A stretch of 63,270 nucleotides of DNA, the filler included, from Intoshia linei (taxonomy: Eukaryota; Animalia; Orthonectida), in the NCBI GenBank assembly GCA_001642005.1. It is 4 parts of 4 records of this genome, joined end to end, with 100 filler letters (N's around TTAATTAATTAA, not from the genome) between each part and the next. Parts side by side here need not be neighbours in the genome. Positions count along the whole stretch, not along the records: positions 49,395 to 63,270 come from LWCA01001020.1; 3 more parts are not named here. One strand, 5' to 3'. The position numbers were made by a program, and so were the translations under genes. Under the pieces are notes generated by a model. The model searched no databases and was not told where the DNA came from. It was given only the letters and a program-made list of their open reading frames with translations. Shown here piece by piece: positions 50,235 through 62,821 of this stretch (positions are counted from its first letter, which is position 1; each line of letters begins with the position of its first letter).

Positions 50235-53200
50235 TTAAATTGCATTGAATTCGTTTATATCGCACCAACCAGGTATCCAATTTCCGCCGTTATTTTCAGG
50301 GAACCCACGTGGATCAATTTTCATTATTTTTTCGATTATAAATTGTTTTTTGTATTTTATTAGTGCTTGTTGTAATTCTGTTACTTTTTTAGGAAACTCT
50401 TCCACCATATTCTTTTTTTCACGTGGATCATCTAATTAAGTTTATTTACGTTATTAATGTTAATATGTAAAGGTTAAATCCTATACTTTTATAATATAGA
50501 ATGTATGTATGTGTTTCATTTCATTAAAAAAATAAGAGTTTAAAATCAATTATTAAAAAGTCAATGTAATAAGATTTTACCAATTATAATTGATTGTCAC
50601 TGTCCTGTACGGAAAAACAAACGAAGTAAAAGTATGCACAATGATTTGTTTAATTGATTTAATTTAATTTTGTGAAATAATTTTTTTAACTTTGAAGATT
50701 GCTAGTCCAGGTTATAAAGAATGACCCTATACCCTTTCAAGTATTTTTCAATTTTTATAAATCTCAGCACTAACTTACTCAAAACGGATATAATTTGATT
50801 GTTCTATTTTAAAAAATACTTTCAAGGTTATATAATTGTAAATGTGGTCGTTTATTTGAATCATGATATTCATAATAACTGGAATTAGAACTATGGCTGT
50901 CGAAGTAAATTTTTACATATTTATTTAAAGATTGAATTGAATATAAATTTTTTTTTGCTGTATCCATCAAATAAACCAGGATTACCTTCTAACAATTTCC
51001 ATTTTCCTACTCTAAATTAAATAATTAATTATATATTATTATTTTATTTTAAAGTGTTAAATTATTATTAAATTAACATTTAAATGTTAATTTAAATTTT
51101 GTGGTTACTTTATTGTGCAATAAAATATACAATTTTACGTTAAATTAAAACATTCTAAATCAGATTTTATTCAAGGGCTATTTAAAAAATTTATTTTTAT
51201 GAAAAAGTTGCATTTTTAACTTTTCCCACTTTCTCAATGTCAAAGTAAATTTTGGGCGGTCGTATTATCAATGAGTAAATTAGATTTGTAGTTGAATTGG
51301 AGTAAAGGTTGTGCACCCCTGCTCTAGACCTATAATTTTTTAAATAAATGGTAACAGAAAAATAAACAGATATACATTTTTATTTAAATTACTCTATACG
51401 TAAGGATTACTATCAAAATATACTTAACGTGTCACAATACTAATCTAGATATACTCTTGACCATGTAAACGTAAAAATAAAATATGCACATGTTAATACA
51501 TTTAACTTATCCCAGCAGCTCCAGCGATAAAAAGAGTTATTAAATCAATATTGAGAACCACTTCCTTTCGAGGTGAATCAGCTTCATTAGATAATACGTC
51601 AGATAAATCGTAACCATCAATATCTTTAATAAAGTATAATAATAATTATTTGGTATTACAGAATATGAAAGATATAACAAAATTATCATTTTAGTAGGTT
51701 CAATTGTTATAATTTAATGACTCTCCTCCGAGATGCGATCTTTCAAATTAATTTTTTATAAAAAATAAACCGTTTCAAACACGGTTCCAGTGGGTGAGTT
51801 TACATGAATAGATCATATTACCTAATGGTTTATCATAATTAATCAATTATATGATTGTTGCCGCAAAATCCATTATGTGTGTGATACTATATTCATATAT
51901 TTACCAAAAATATATACATTAAACATTCACCCATTTCTGAAATGTATTATAACCTGTTATTGGTCCCTGATCAACTTATTTACAGATTAACTGAACATAG
52001 TGATGTTGTAAACGAAGCAGATTTTCACCCTAAAGAACCAATTAGTTTTTTTTTATTAAAATTTTTTTTATATTAACGTTTTAATTACAACGGTTTACAT
52101 CGACAAGTCAATATTAATGGGTGAAATTTATTTTTGTAATTTAAAAATTTTGTAAAATTTATATAACAAATAATTACCCGTAGACATATTTTTGTTTTTT
52201 ACCATATAATGGAGAGTGCACAAATGCTGTTGATCTAACTCCTCCCTCATAGAGAGATAATTTTGAACCTCTATAAGGATAATTGCTTGATGGCCCAAAA
52301 ATTTCTCCACCATTCTAATTATTAAATAAAACCTTAATGTATCCTTATAATCGTACGTCAGACGTGAATATTATAATTGAGTTATGATACATTCCTTCTG
52401 CCTTTAGCGAAGAAACTAAATTCCCGACAGAATGGTCCATTAATGTCATTAAGGCTAATTACATGTAATATGAAAGTTTTTTAATTTTGTCATACCTAAA
52501 TAATGTTTCCGCTGCTCGCTCATTTTGCTTTCATTGTACATGTTATAAAATTTGGACTCTGATTCTAGTGGTGTGTGTGGAGTGGGGTATGCAAAGTACA
52601 TAAACAAAAGTTACTGAGAGTTTGTGATTTTCAATAGTCTTTTTAGTATTCGTCAAATAATTCCTACATTATATGTATGAATGTAGGAATTTCAAATTTC
52701 AAATATTTTATTGATTAAGTATATTTAAATTAATGCAATGATGTGAATACCATAAGATGAGTACCATTTTCAAATTTGTCAATTTTATTATTAAAGTTGA
52801 AGTCATAGCCATTTTTAACTAAATAGTTACATGTTAATATTAACATGATGAATTTTATATTTATATTTTATGTTAATATATTTACCGTTTGTATGATTAT
52901 AATAACCACAATATCCATTATAAAATCCATACGATTAATCAAATCCGCGTTTTACAGCTGTGCAATTTTTGTGGTAGAATCCAAGATTCCATCTAAAATT
53001 TTGAATTTCGATTTTATTAATAAAACTTTGCAATATGATGAGTTTCATAGTCTTTAGTTTTTGAATACTCTGGTACAAATTTGTGGTTTAATGGGGCACA
53101 ATGCGGTATTAGAGCATTTTCGAGAGTATACTAAATTGATTAATCAATTCGGACTAGATTTATTATTAAATTCTTACGGAATTATTAATTTGACTTATTT

Positions 53201-54480
53201 ATCAGTGTGATGCTGTTCCGTGGTGGAATTTAAAATATTTTTAATTAATTAAAATTGAATTTTCTAATTTTTTTTTCACACACAGAGACGTACACTTACT
53301 ACGGCTACCTACACGACTAAGATAAAGTTTACTACCTACACGGGCAATCAAAGAGTTTATATAAGTAAGGATTAAATATCAAAAAATATTAGTTACAAAT
53401 TATTAAGTTATTATTATTATAATACCAAATAAAATTCTATTTTTTTAAAATTTGAGTTTTATGCAAGTAGAAATGTTATCATAGATTTGAATCTGCACAT
53501 TGCTATTAATACTGTGACTAATATAACTTGATAACATTTGTCAAAGGTGCGAGGTAAATAAGGTTGGGAATACTCACCTTATAGGGTAAAAATAACTAGT
53601 TTTTCTAGATCAGATTCATATTTTGTATACTAAATTTATATTAGGTAATATTCATATTACACTAGCACAAGTCGCTCCTTTTTTAAAATGCTCTATTTAA
53701 GCTGTATTTTTTAAATTTAATTAAAAAATTAAAAGTCTTAGAATTTACAAAACCAAATTTATAATACTGTTTTTCGAGAGTGATGTTTTAATGCAGATTC
53801 GATTTTCAGAAATTGAGAGTTTTTTTGAAATTTTTCTAAAGATAATGTTAAAAGTGGATTTGTTCCTTAAGGATTGATAAAATTAATTTTTTCTTTTGCC
53901 GTTGGATAGTGTAGTTGCTTCTGGTCAAGTTTGGTGACCAGTCACACCATGATACGCGCTGCTTTGTATTTGTATAAATAAAAGTGTTTATAGTTATCTC
54001 GTTAGTTCATGGATTAATTTTTATTACAATTTTCATGAATGTTTATTCTAAATTTACAAACTTGAAATTTAGCATATAAATAAATTAATAATATATGCTT
54101 TCGACTGCATGGAACGGTAAATTCGGATTGGTATTATTTAGATGCCATAAATAATGATCCAAGTCGACAGAGTGGGCTATATATGTAACGTTATTCTTTT
54201 TCAAGTTTTCCATCATCAGCTAATAATTAAAATTTTGATATTAACTATAAATTAGTAAATTAAAAATAATATTAATATATAAATATTAAATATTATAATG
54301 TATATTATTACTTATAATCTGGTATATAACTGGATAGTAAAATAACCATACCGGTAGATGCCTGCCGTAATTTAACAGACCAAAATATTATTAATATATT
54401 TTTTATGACTAAATAAATACCAATTAACTTAATTGGTCATAATTAAGCAATGAGTTTAACTGCTACTAACAACTACATTT
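50235..54480 (-). pseudogene. Arylsulfatase B/I/J-like gene, disrupted
   Basis: Exons give KWNLGFY...RGFD*SYGFYNG, LFMYFAYPTPHTPL, MDHSVGNLVSSLKAEGMYHNSIIIFTSD-NGG...SNYPYRGSKLSLYEGGVR, DIDGYDL...SPRKEVVLNID, GKWKLLEG and DPREKKN...WIPGWC. There is an in-frame TAA at 52935-52937, frameshifts at ~52610-52660 and no intact CxPxR motif. Confidence 0.85.
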
Positions 54481-55102
54481 ATAAGAATTAGTAAATACGT
54501 ATATTTATGAAAAAAAATTTGTTCAAATAGTAATATTAAATATTATTAAAATTATCGGCCAAATATTTGTTGTCAGATCTAATGCTGGCCATTGTATACG
54601 GGAGACTGAATTGTTTTGCTATGTTTACTGGAAAAAATATGTTGTATATTTTTTATAAAATTCCACGACTTAGTTTTTATATTTAAAAAGAGGTGTAATT
54701 AGGGTTGGTGAAGATTTATCTTTCTGAAAGTAAAGTGTATTTTAATTGCTGTACCGCAAAAAACTGAATTCGAATTATTATTTCTGCGACTGTAAATTTT
54801 CCTACATAAATGATTACACACACAGATAGGCAGTGCCGAACCTACTGTACCAGAAACATCTTAAGAATAAAAAAAATTATATTCGTGAATATAACTATTT
54901 TGTGTGCTAAATTTAAAATATCAAGAGACTTAGAGAGCTCGTTAGGGGCTATATGAAACTATGGATAGTTTGTAATAAACATTTCTTAGTGGCTATTTTT
55001 TATATTCGGTGACTTTAAGCTGAAATGATTCAGCACTGCAGATAGGCAGACGTTTTTAGAAACTTTATTTTTACTTTATACACGGGCTAATGAATTAAAA
55101 AC

Positions 55103-56276
55103 CTGACAAGCTATCACTGTATTGGCTCGAATTTCCACCTCATAATTTGAACCTCTCTGTAAAATGTCACCATCTTTTAATTTATTTGACAATTCATGTG
55201 AATAATGTAATATTTTTAATGTATTTAATTTTTGAGGTATTCTAATTAAAATTTTATTTAGTTAAAAATGAAATCACCTGTAATCCGCCATAACTGTTAA
55301 CTTGTCAATATTAACAAATTTACCGAAACCTTCATTTTTAAAAGTGCAATATAAATCCGCAATAAATATTTGAGCTCGTTTAAGAAAGTAAATTGTAAAA
55401 TTTATACTTTTTCCTTCCGTTACAATTGAAAATTTATTAAAATCATCAAATGAGTCAATTTTCAATATGTTTTGTATTAATATTTTTACGTCATTTTTGG
55501 AATTTTTTACAATGTCGGCTACCGTCAAGTTTTCCTAATTTATATTATATTTATGTAAATACAAATGTGTATATGTCTGTCTGAGTGCGTAAGTATTTAG
55601 AGTACTGTAGGCAACAGAAATTTCAAATTAAAATAAATTATAATTAATAATTTGCTTTTTTGATCATTAAGGTGTAGCCTAGTGGGATTGAAATTCTTTG
55701 TGTCTGTTAACAGGAAAAAGTTGCATTAGCTGAAATTTTTTATATTCTAGGGGTACTTTTTTTCATTTATCAAAATAATTGATAATTTGAATTTTGACTG
55801 TAAAGATAATGCTTTTGAGGTTCAAATTTATGATATTGCCTCTGATTTTAAAAATTTTAATAGATTAATATTTTGTTTGTTAAATTCTGAAACTCTTTTC
55901 GTTTACTTTGTTAAAAAAAATGCAAGTTTCTGATTGAAATTGATGATTTTGTTGTTTTTTTTAAAATTCAAATCCTTTTATTTTTTTAAATAAATGAGTA
56001 CAAACAGATAGAAATTTGTAGCTACATGTATTTTACTTGAAAGATAAGTAAGGAATTTATATTGATGGATTTTTTTGTCTAATGTTATTGAGCACAGTTT
56101 AAAATTACTTTGATAAGATAGTTTCCAACGCTGTGTAATACTATAAGTCGTTCCTTTATTAGTGGGATATACTTCATGTTTTCACTATTTTTTTGACTCA
56201 TATTTGGAAATATATTTTGCAAATCAGTTAATGAAATATTACTATAATAAGCTGGATTTAAGATATCATAACCTTT
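55103..56276 (-). CDS. QNG1: Queuosine 5'-phosphate N-glycosylase (Q salvage, C9orf64), central/C-terminal exons
   Basis: Exons 56276-56109 (KGYDILNPAYYSNISL...IPLIKERLIVLHSVG), 55534-55278 (FLKRAQIFIADLY...IDKLTVMADYR) and 55241-55103 (IPQKL...LHYS...GSNYEVEIRA); phases are consistent. The terminal exon is only doubtfully seen near 54490-54630. Confidence 0.88.
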
Positions 56277-58018
56277 CTAAATTAAAATGATACGTTTTAC
56301 TATACATTAATTATTTATACAAGTTAAAACTTATATTTCTGTATTTCAAATGTGTGTACGGTGTAAAATGTACATAATGTATACTATACAGTTAATTCAC
56401 CTTTTTTTCAAATTGTAGGATAAATATTTAAATTTTTAATTTTAATATAAAAATATGCAAAATATTGGCTGATAATATTAAAAGTTATTTTTCACCGGGA
56501 ATGCGTAGATTATTGGGGTTGAAATTTTTTATCTACATCAACTCCAATAAATTCTATCAAAATAATCTTTTTTTTAATTCTAGGATCAATAGTTATTGAA
56601 TAATTTATGTTTTAAAAAACAGTTACAAAATAAAAAAAAATGAAAGCCAAACAGATTTTTTGACTGTGAAGATGTTACTTACTTACTAGGTGTTACTTAC
56701 GTGAAGGTGTTAGAAGGATTAAAAATTTTCTTGTGTGTTAACTGGAGATAACTATCTGAACTGTAATTTTTATTTTAATTCTAGGGCTATTTTCATTTTT
56801 TAAAAAAAGGGTAATTTGGGTTTTGACCTTGAAAATATAAATTTCTTATGCAAAGATTTATGACAATGTTAATGTCTTTTAAACGTGTCACAGAATACAT
56901 ATTTTTTTAAATTTTACGGTTGATTTTATTTTTAATAAAAATGGGGAATTTGGTTGGTTTGCCTGAAAAACTCAATTTTGAAAATGACATTTACGGCACT
57001 GCCTCAATCTATAAAAACTGTATTAAAAATTGGTGGTTTTCAAATTTTGAGACTGTCAATTTTTTAAAGAAACGGTAATACATAGACTCACAGACATTCA
57101 ATTGTATAATTAAAAGTGTTAATTATTTTAATTAATTCAAAGGTTTAATATAAATAATATGTATTACATATTAAATATATATGTTTAAGATTAAATAACA
57201 GATTATTTTATTTTGTAATGTGAATTCATTGACTTTTAAAAAAAAATATATCTCAGCCAACTTTAAATTAAATCTACAACAACGATTACTAAAAGTAATA
57301 CAACTTTTTTATTATTATTTTTATTACTAGAGCCATTCAAACATTATACTCTAAAGTAGTGTGTCCATAAGTACTCATAAATACCATCGATAATTTTGGT
57401 CAATATTTTACTTTTAATTTTTCACTTTCTTAATAAAGTGAAGTTTTAATTAATTTATATTTTATAAAAACACTTTATATCGTTTAATTTGGATCACTTC
57501 AAATTTTTATTAATTAATAAAAATTCATTATTTTTTAATTATGCCAAAAAAATTATAATTGTAAAGAGAATATATTGATTTTTACAAAAATTTGGAAAAT
57601 CATATTGAATTATGTAATAAAATTCAACATCAATAAAACCAATAAAATTAACATTTGTAGTGATATATCGCTATCATACTAATCGAGATTCTAATATATA
57701 CTTTTGATATAACTCACTTGTGATGTCTAACTGGCAGAGTGGTTATAGTCATATAACTGTATTCTGCGTAGCTAGGTTTGAATTGAGATTTGGAAATCTT
57801 TTTATAATATATATCTTTTCTTGGATGAACTTATACGAGTTCTTATCTGCCAATCGTTACAACGTTTCATATTTTAAATTTCATATTGTTAGAACTTTCA
57901 ATTCAAATTTTATTGTTCTTTTTGTTTCTAAGACATTTCGAAAAGTACTTATTTAGTACTTATAAAATCTGGACACTATCTAAAGTCGTTAAGCAACAAT
58001 AATACAATTGTGTACATT

Positions 58019-58079
58019 AGGGTGTCACATCAAATATTTTTTTTAAGAAATTCAAAAACATAACTAGTAAATTAGATGT
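58019..58079 (+). mobile_element. 61-bp transposon TIR (AGGGTGTCACATCAAAT...), copy A
   Basis: Identical to 62761-62821; preceded by TGTGTACATT (58009-58018). Confidence 0.85.
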
Positions 58080-58188
58080 AATTTAAAAAAAAAAAACAAT
58101 CCGATGACTAATTCTGAAAAATACTCATTAATGACTCAGCGTTGATCAATTAAGTAATTAACAAAAAACAGCTAAATTTAAGTTTANG

Positions 58189-59491
58189 TGTGGTATTTGT
58201 ACAAATGGAGCACCCTCAATGGTAGGGTGTAGATCGGGATTTCAAACTTTTGTGAAAGAATAATCTTCAAATGTGATTGGTACTCATTGTACCATACATA
58301 GACATGCTTTAGTTTCCAAAACGTTGCCTAAATGTCTAAATAGTGTTTTAAATGAAGTAGTGAGGGCAATTAATTTCATAAAAGCAAATTCCCTCAACAG
58401 TCGTCTTTTTTCGTTATTATGCTCTGAGAATGATGCTGATTTTGAAACATTGTTATTACATACCCAAGTACGATGGTTGTCAAAAAAAAAAGCATTAAAA
58501 CGAGCATTTATACTTCATAATGAAATTCTACCTTTTTTGGAAAAATCAAATCATTATTTACAGGAAAATTTTTAAGATGTTATTTGGCTATCTTCCCTGG
58601 CTTTTCTGGTTGATATTTTTGAAATATTAAATTTCTTAAACTTATCTATCCAGGGAAAAGGCATTGGAGTAATAGATTGCAATGAAACATTAAAAGCTTT
58701 CCAGATGAAAGTTCAATTATGGATAAGGAAAATGGATCAACGTAATTTTGCAATGTTTCCTGTATTTAATTGATATCTAGATGACATGATCATAGTTTTT
58801 ACAACAGAAAGTCCTTTTGATAAAGCAATTAAAGAACATCTTCTTTCTCTTAAAAATGAAATCATTCACTACTTCCCAACTCTTAATGATACAGATGTAT
58901 ATAATTCATTTATAAGAGATCCATTTATATTTGATTTTGAACAGTTACCAGTGAAGGAATTAGTATTCCAGGAAGAATTCATAGAATTAATTAATGATGG
59001 CTCTGCCAAAATAACATTTCCTAAAAGTACGATAAATGAATTTTGGATAACTATGGCACAATCATATTCAAACCTTTCTAAAATGATTCTCAAAATACTT
59101 ATGCCGTTTCTAACAACCTATGAATGTGAAAAGGCATTTTCAACACTCGTAAAAATAAAAACAAAATCTAGAAACAGACTATATGTCAGTGATGATTTGA
59201 GATGTGCTTTATCCAAAACAGAACCAAGAATGGTTGAATTGTCAAAAATCAAACAGAAACATCCTTCAGATTAGTTTAATAAAATTTAATTTAAATTAAT
59301 AATGTTTGTGGGAGCTACGGCTCAGAATATATCAATAAATTTCATTTTTTTTTGAACTAATAATGTTAATAAAACATTTTTTAAAAATTAAATAATTTTT
59401 TTCGACATGTTTTATTTGGGGGTCCGCGAGCAAAATTAAAATTAAAAATGAACCAAAAAGTCAAAAAATTTAAAACGTTTGAGAACTTCTG
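58189..59491 (+). mobile_element. Buster-type hAT transposase C-terminal half and right TIR, degenerate
   Basis: GICTNGAPSMVG, THCTIHRHAL, TQVRWLS, LAFLVDIF and PFLTTYECEKAFS..KTKSRNRL...DLRCALS..EPR, with several stops. TIR TTTGAGAACTTCTG is followed by CTGTAAAT. Confidence 0.9.
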
Positions 59492-59532
59492 CTGTAAATG
59501 AATACGATAGAATTGACCCTTCCAATATAATA

Positions 59533-59691
59533 TAAGGTGTCCACTTTTGATTTTTTTTTTATTAGAAAACCCATTTTATATGTGGATGCTTTTTTTGCTT
59601 TTGAACATTTATCACCCAAAACATGAAATCGGTCAAAAAAGGAATCCACATACAAAAAGGGTTTTTCTAATAAAAAAAAAATGACACCCTA
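59533..59691. mobile_element. Short palindromic MITE
   Basis: TAAGGTGTC...ATTAGAAAACCCATTTTATATGTGGAT inverted against ATCCACATACAAAAAGGGTTTTTCTAAT...GACACCCTA. Confidence 0.7.
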
Positions 59692-59717
59692 ATCATATAA
59701 TTTATAATTTTATTTAG

Positions 59718-60010
59718 AAATGGTTTTATTTTTAAATATACGTGAAACTGTTGATAAAAAAATAAAAAGACATGGGAAAAAGAGTAAAACTGTATATTTT
59801 GACAATAAGCCTATTTGGAATCAATCTTTTTCATTTGACATAACATCCCAAGATCTCGTTAACGTCAACTTTGAAGTTATTGTTAAAGAATATAAACTTA
59901 TATCAAGTTATAAACAATTTGGTCGTATTTATATCGACAATACGTCCGATCAATGGAAAAACTTAATTCAAGATGATACCACAAAGGCATGCTGGCATAC
60001 TATATATTAA
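59718..60010 (+). CDS. Terminal exon of a synaptotagmin-like C2B domain protein
   Basis: After a TTTAG acceptor: KKSKTVYFDNKPIWNQSFSFDI...FEVIVKEY...FGRIYI...QWKNLI...CWHTI*; AATAAA at ~60031. Confidence 0.75.
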
Positions 60011-60059
60011 ATTGCTTATTCAAAATTTTAAATAAAACTTTTTAAAAAGTTTTAATTAA

Positions 60060-60260
60060 CCCTTTAATGCTCTCGCTTTTTAAAATATAATGTTAACAAT
60101 CGTTATCTGATAATAAATAAAACGTGACATGTCACTTGTATTGCATTATATTTCATTCCTCGTAAATTAATTTATTTACAATTTATTAATAACTCATCGT
60201 ATAAGCCATATTTCATTTATAAATATAGGTCATTTTTGTCCATGCGCGAGTAGTGAAGGG
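60060..60260. mobile_element. piggyBac-like MITE
   Basis: TTAA|CCCTTTAATGCTCTCGC...GCGCGAGTAGTGAAGGG|TTAA. Confidence 0.8.
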
Positions 60261-60981
60261 TTAAACTTGGAAAATTTTTAATAATCTTTACGAATAATAA
60301 AATATGTATATATATACAAATATAAATAGTTAAAAATAGTTAATAAAATGCTACACATAAATATACGTATTAATAATCATAACCACAATTGAAATCATTA
60401 CAATTTAACCAATTTAATATTTCTAATATCCCTGTTGGGTTTAGTGAGGTATACACCTAGAATTACTAATATCGTGTTATCCTGTTTTTTTACATGTTCC
60501 ATTTTAGTCATTAATGTGTGAACCAAAATCACAAAAAGTATTTAACATTACTTTAATAAGTTAGTATTTAACTCATGACTGACATCATAATTATGAATCA
60601 TAAGTTATGGTATCTCATGTGGTGGAGAATAAAATATTAAGTATTTATTTTTACAACTTATTCCTAGATTTTAATCATATCATTACCATTTTTTCTTGGT
60701 TCACGAGTTTTATAAAAATTTTATCTTTAGGGCTTTTTAAATATACATTTAAGAAAAATGTTTTGAATGTCAACCATTTTTATTGTTAAAGTTAACCTCA
60801 AAAACTGAAATCTGGTTAAATTTTAAGCAAAATTAGTGATTTATATCAACAAACACTGTATGTTACGGTTGGTATCACGTAACGTTTGAAATTTTATTAA
60901 TTTTTTGAATATATAAATTTCAACTTGTCGCGACCCCCGGTTGAGAAACAATGATGTAAATATTTAGGTAAATAAAATAGT

Positions 60982-61631
60982 TTATTTATTATTGATATAA
61001 AAAATTATCTTTGCTTCTAAATTATCATGGATCATATTCCGTTGAACGTATTTAGACAAATATGAAAAAGTATGTTCGCAAATCTGGTTAGTATAGGAAA
61101 TATTAAGAGGAGTTTCATTAAACATTGCAATGTGACGGTTGAAGCAATCCATTACCTTTCCTCTTATCTGTGTTTTCAACTTGATAATATTAATCATTGA
61201 CGTACCACTGGAAAACCAGCACGGTACCCAATAATCTACAATAAAATTGCAGGCTATTGACGTAGTTTCGTCATTCATCAAAATATAATATTTTAGTACA
61301 CCATTCAATCTTTCTTAATTTCTTCTTGGAAACCATAATTTTTTTATTATAACTTTATTGAAAATATCATTATGGACAAATCCGAAAATGAAGGCTCTAA
61401 TTATGTATTTTTGAATTTTTTTATATTATTTCCCTGTATTTATATTTATCATGAATGAGTCATTAAAATAATGTGGTATTTATATAATTGTAATATACTT
61501 ACAAAGCATTTCTTACTTTTAGTATTACATTGTCGTATTTGAGACACGATAATTGTATATTCTAGCTTGAATGTGTTATTGAAAGTTGTAGAAAAATTGC
61601 TAATGTGTCGAAACATGTAACCATCAATCAC
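60982..61631 (-). mobile_element. Possible degenerate DNA-transposase remnant
   Basis: Broken intronless ORFs with a C-terminal TNQICEHTFS motif reminiscent of hAT-like TNxxxExxF; lies inside a QNG1 intron or upstream region. Confidence 0.35.
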
Positions 61632-62011
61632 AACGAGATAGAAAAATATATTCGAGAGTATACTATATTAATTACATTAAATTAATTAAAATATCATCAA
61701 TCTAAGAAATAGATTTTCAGAAAATAATTGTAAGAAATAAAAGATGAGGAATCTAAAATTTTAGGACATTTTTTATTTCTAAAATAAAAGATAATTTGTG
61801 GTTTTGACTATGAAGGTGTGTATTTCTGAGTCTAAGATTTACGATAATGTTTATGATTTTAAAACGCTTATCATATTCGTATTTAATTTTTTCATAAATC
61901 AAAAAAGATGTGAATTCGTTAAATTAAAATATAAAAATTAAATAAATTGTAGGCATATGATATTGAATGATAATATTAAAAAACAATTGAATAGCAACAA
62001 TAACAGTTTAG

Positions 62012-62267
62012 ACATTGATATAAAATGTGAATATGACACACAAGCATTAAATTGGTAATTATTGCATTGACTCAGCTTTTAGAATCTCGATAGATTTTTA
62101 TAAATTTTAATCCAAAAACATAATATAGGATATTTGTAACAACCCTGATGAATTTTAATTTCTGGTACACTACCGTACCGTATATGCCTTATGTTTATGT
62201 AAATTCAAACAAAGTTATATCGAAAGGATATTGGGCAATGGTAAACGCAATAAATGATGCTATTAAG
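62012..62267 (+). CDS. QNG1: QNG1 N-terminal exons (opposite strand to the rest of the gene)
   Basis: Exons 62012-62054 and 62129-62267 splice to ...YDTQALNWIFVTTLMNFNFW...SKGYWAMVNAINDAIK (human-type AAVNWVFVTDTLNFSFW...[13 protein letters not shown]). The phase-0 donor at 62268 fits the acceptor at 56276. Confidence 0.85.
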
Positions 62268-62760
62268 GTAATATTTACGTTGATTCTTAACTCTACACGC
62301 GTCGATAAATTTAATATTAGAGTGTTTTTTATATTTTTCAACTACTCAATGTGAAATATAATATACATTAGTAGGTTGACTGTTATGTACTACGTACAAA
62401 CAGCACCTAGCTCTGCCGAGGGTAAATTTATAAATTAAAAATACCAATTATGTATCAATAATTAACGGAATCAGCACTTTATAAACATATTTCAAATCAA
62501 TTTTACCAATATTGCAAAGGATTGTAATAAATAGAGCCATTCATATAGCATAATGACTAGGTTACGCAAAGTTTTGATTATGCTTTTAAAAAAGTTTTAT
62601 CATTGTAATTTACATAATTGTGTTTATTTGTTTACATTTTATTTTATTTTGAATTTATTTATTGTTGCTTAACGACTTTAGAGCATAATAAGAGCATAAT
62701 GCTTATCCGAGTCGGATAATCCGACTAATATTTTATTTAAAATTATACGAAATGTACACA

Positions 62761-62821
62761 AGGGTGTCACATCAAATATTTTTTTTAAGAAATTCAAAAA
62801 CATAACTAGTAAATTAGATGT
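62761..62821 (+). mobile_element. 61-bp transposon TIR, copy B
   Basis: Identical to 58019-58079; preceded by AATGTACACA, the reverse complement of the flank of copy A. Confidence 0.85.

Noticed and set aside
52935-52937. In-frame TAA suggesting stop-codon reassignment
   Set aside because: It is accompanied by frameshifts in the same gene, and long intact ORFs (RRP5, RBM15, dynein) contain no internal stops while several genes end in TAA.
53910-54028. Possible solo LTR (TG...CA with AATAAA)
   Set aside because: No matching TSD and no second copy in the window.
57300-57960. Possible degraded C2 or QNG1 exons
   Set aside because: The frames that show any resemblance contain stops; the real QNG1 exon is at 62129-62267.
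58019-59691. AGGGTGTCA...TGACACCCT as one element enclosing the Buster fragment
   Set aside because: The right motif belongs to the 59533-59691 MITE, and no shared TSD is present.
62445-62600. Possible upstream C2-domain exon on the minus strand (SLCYMNG...)
   Set aside because: At least four stops in that frame; similarity too weak.
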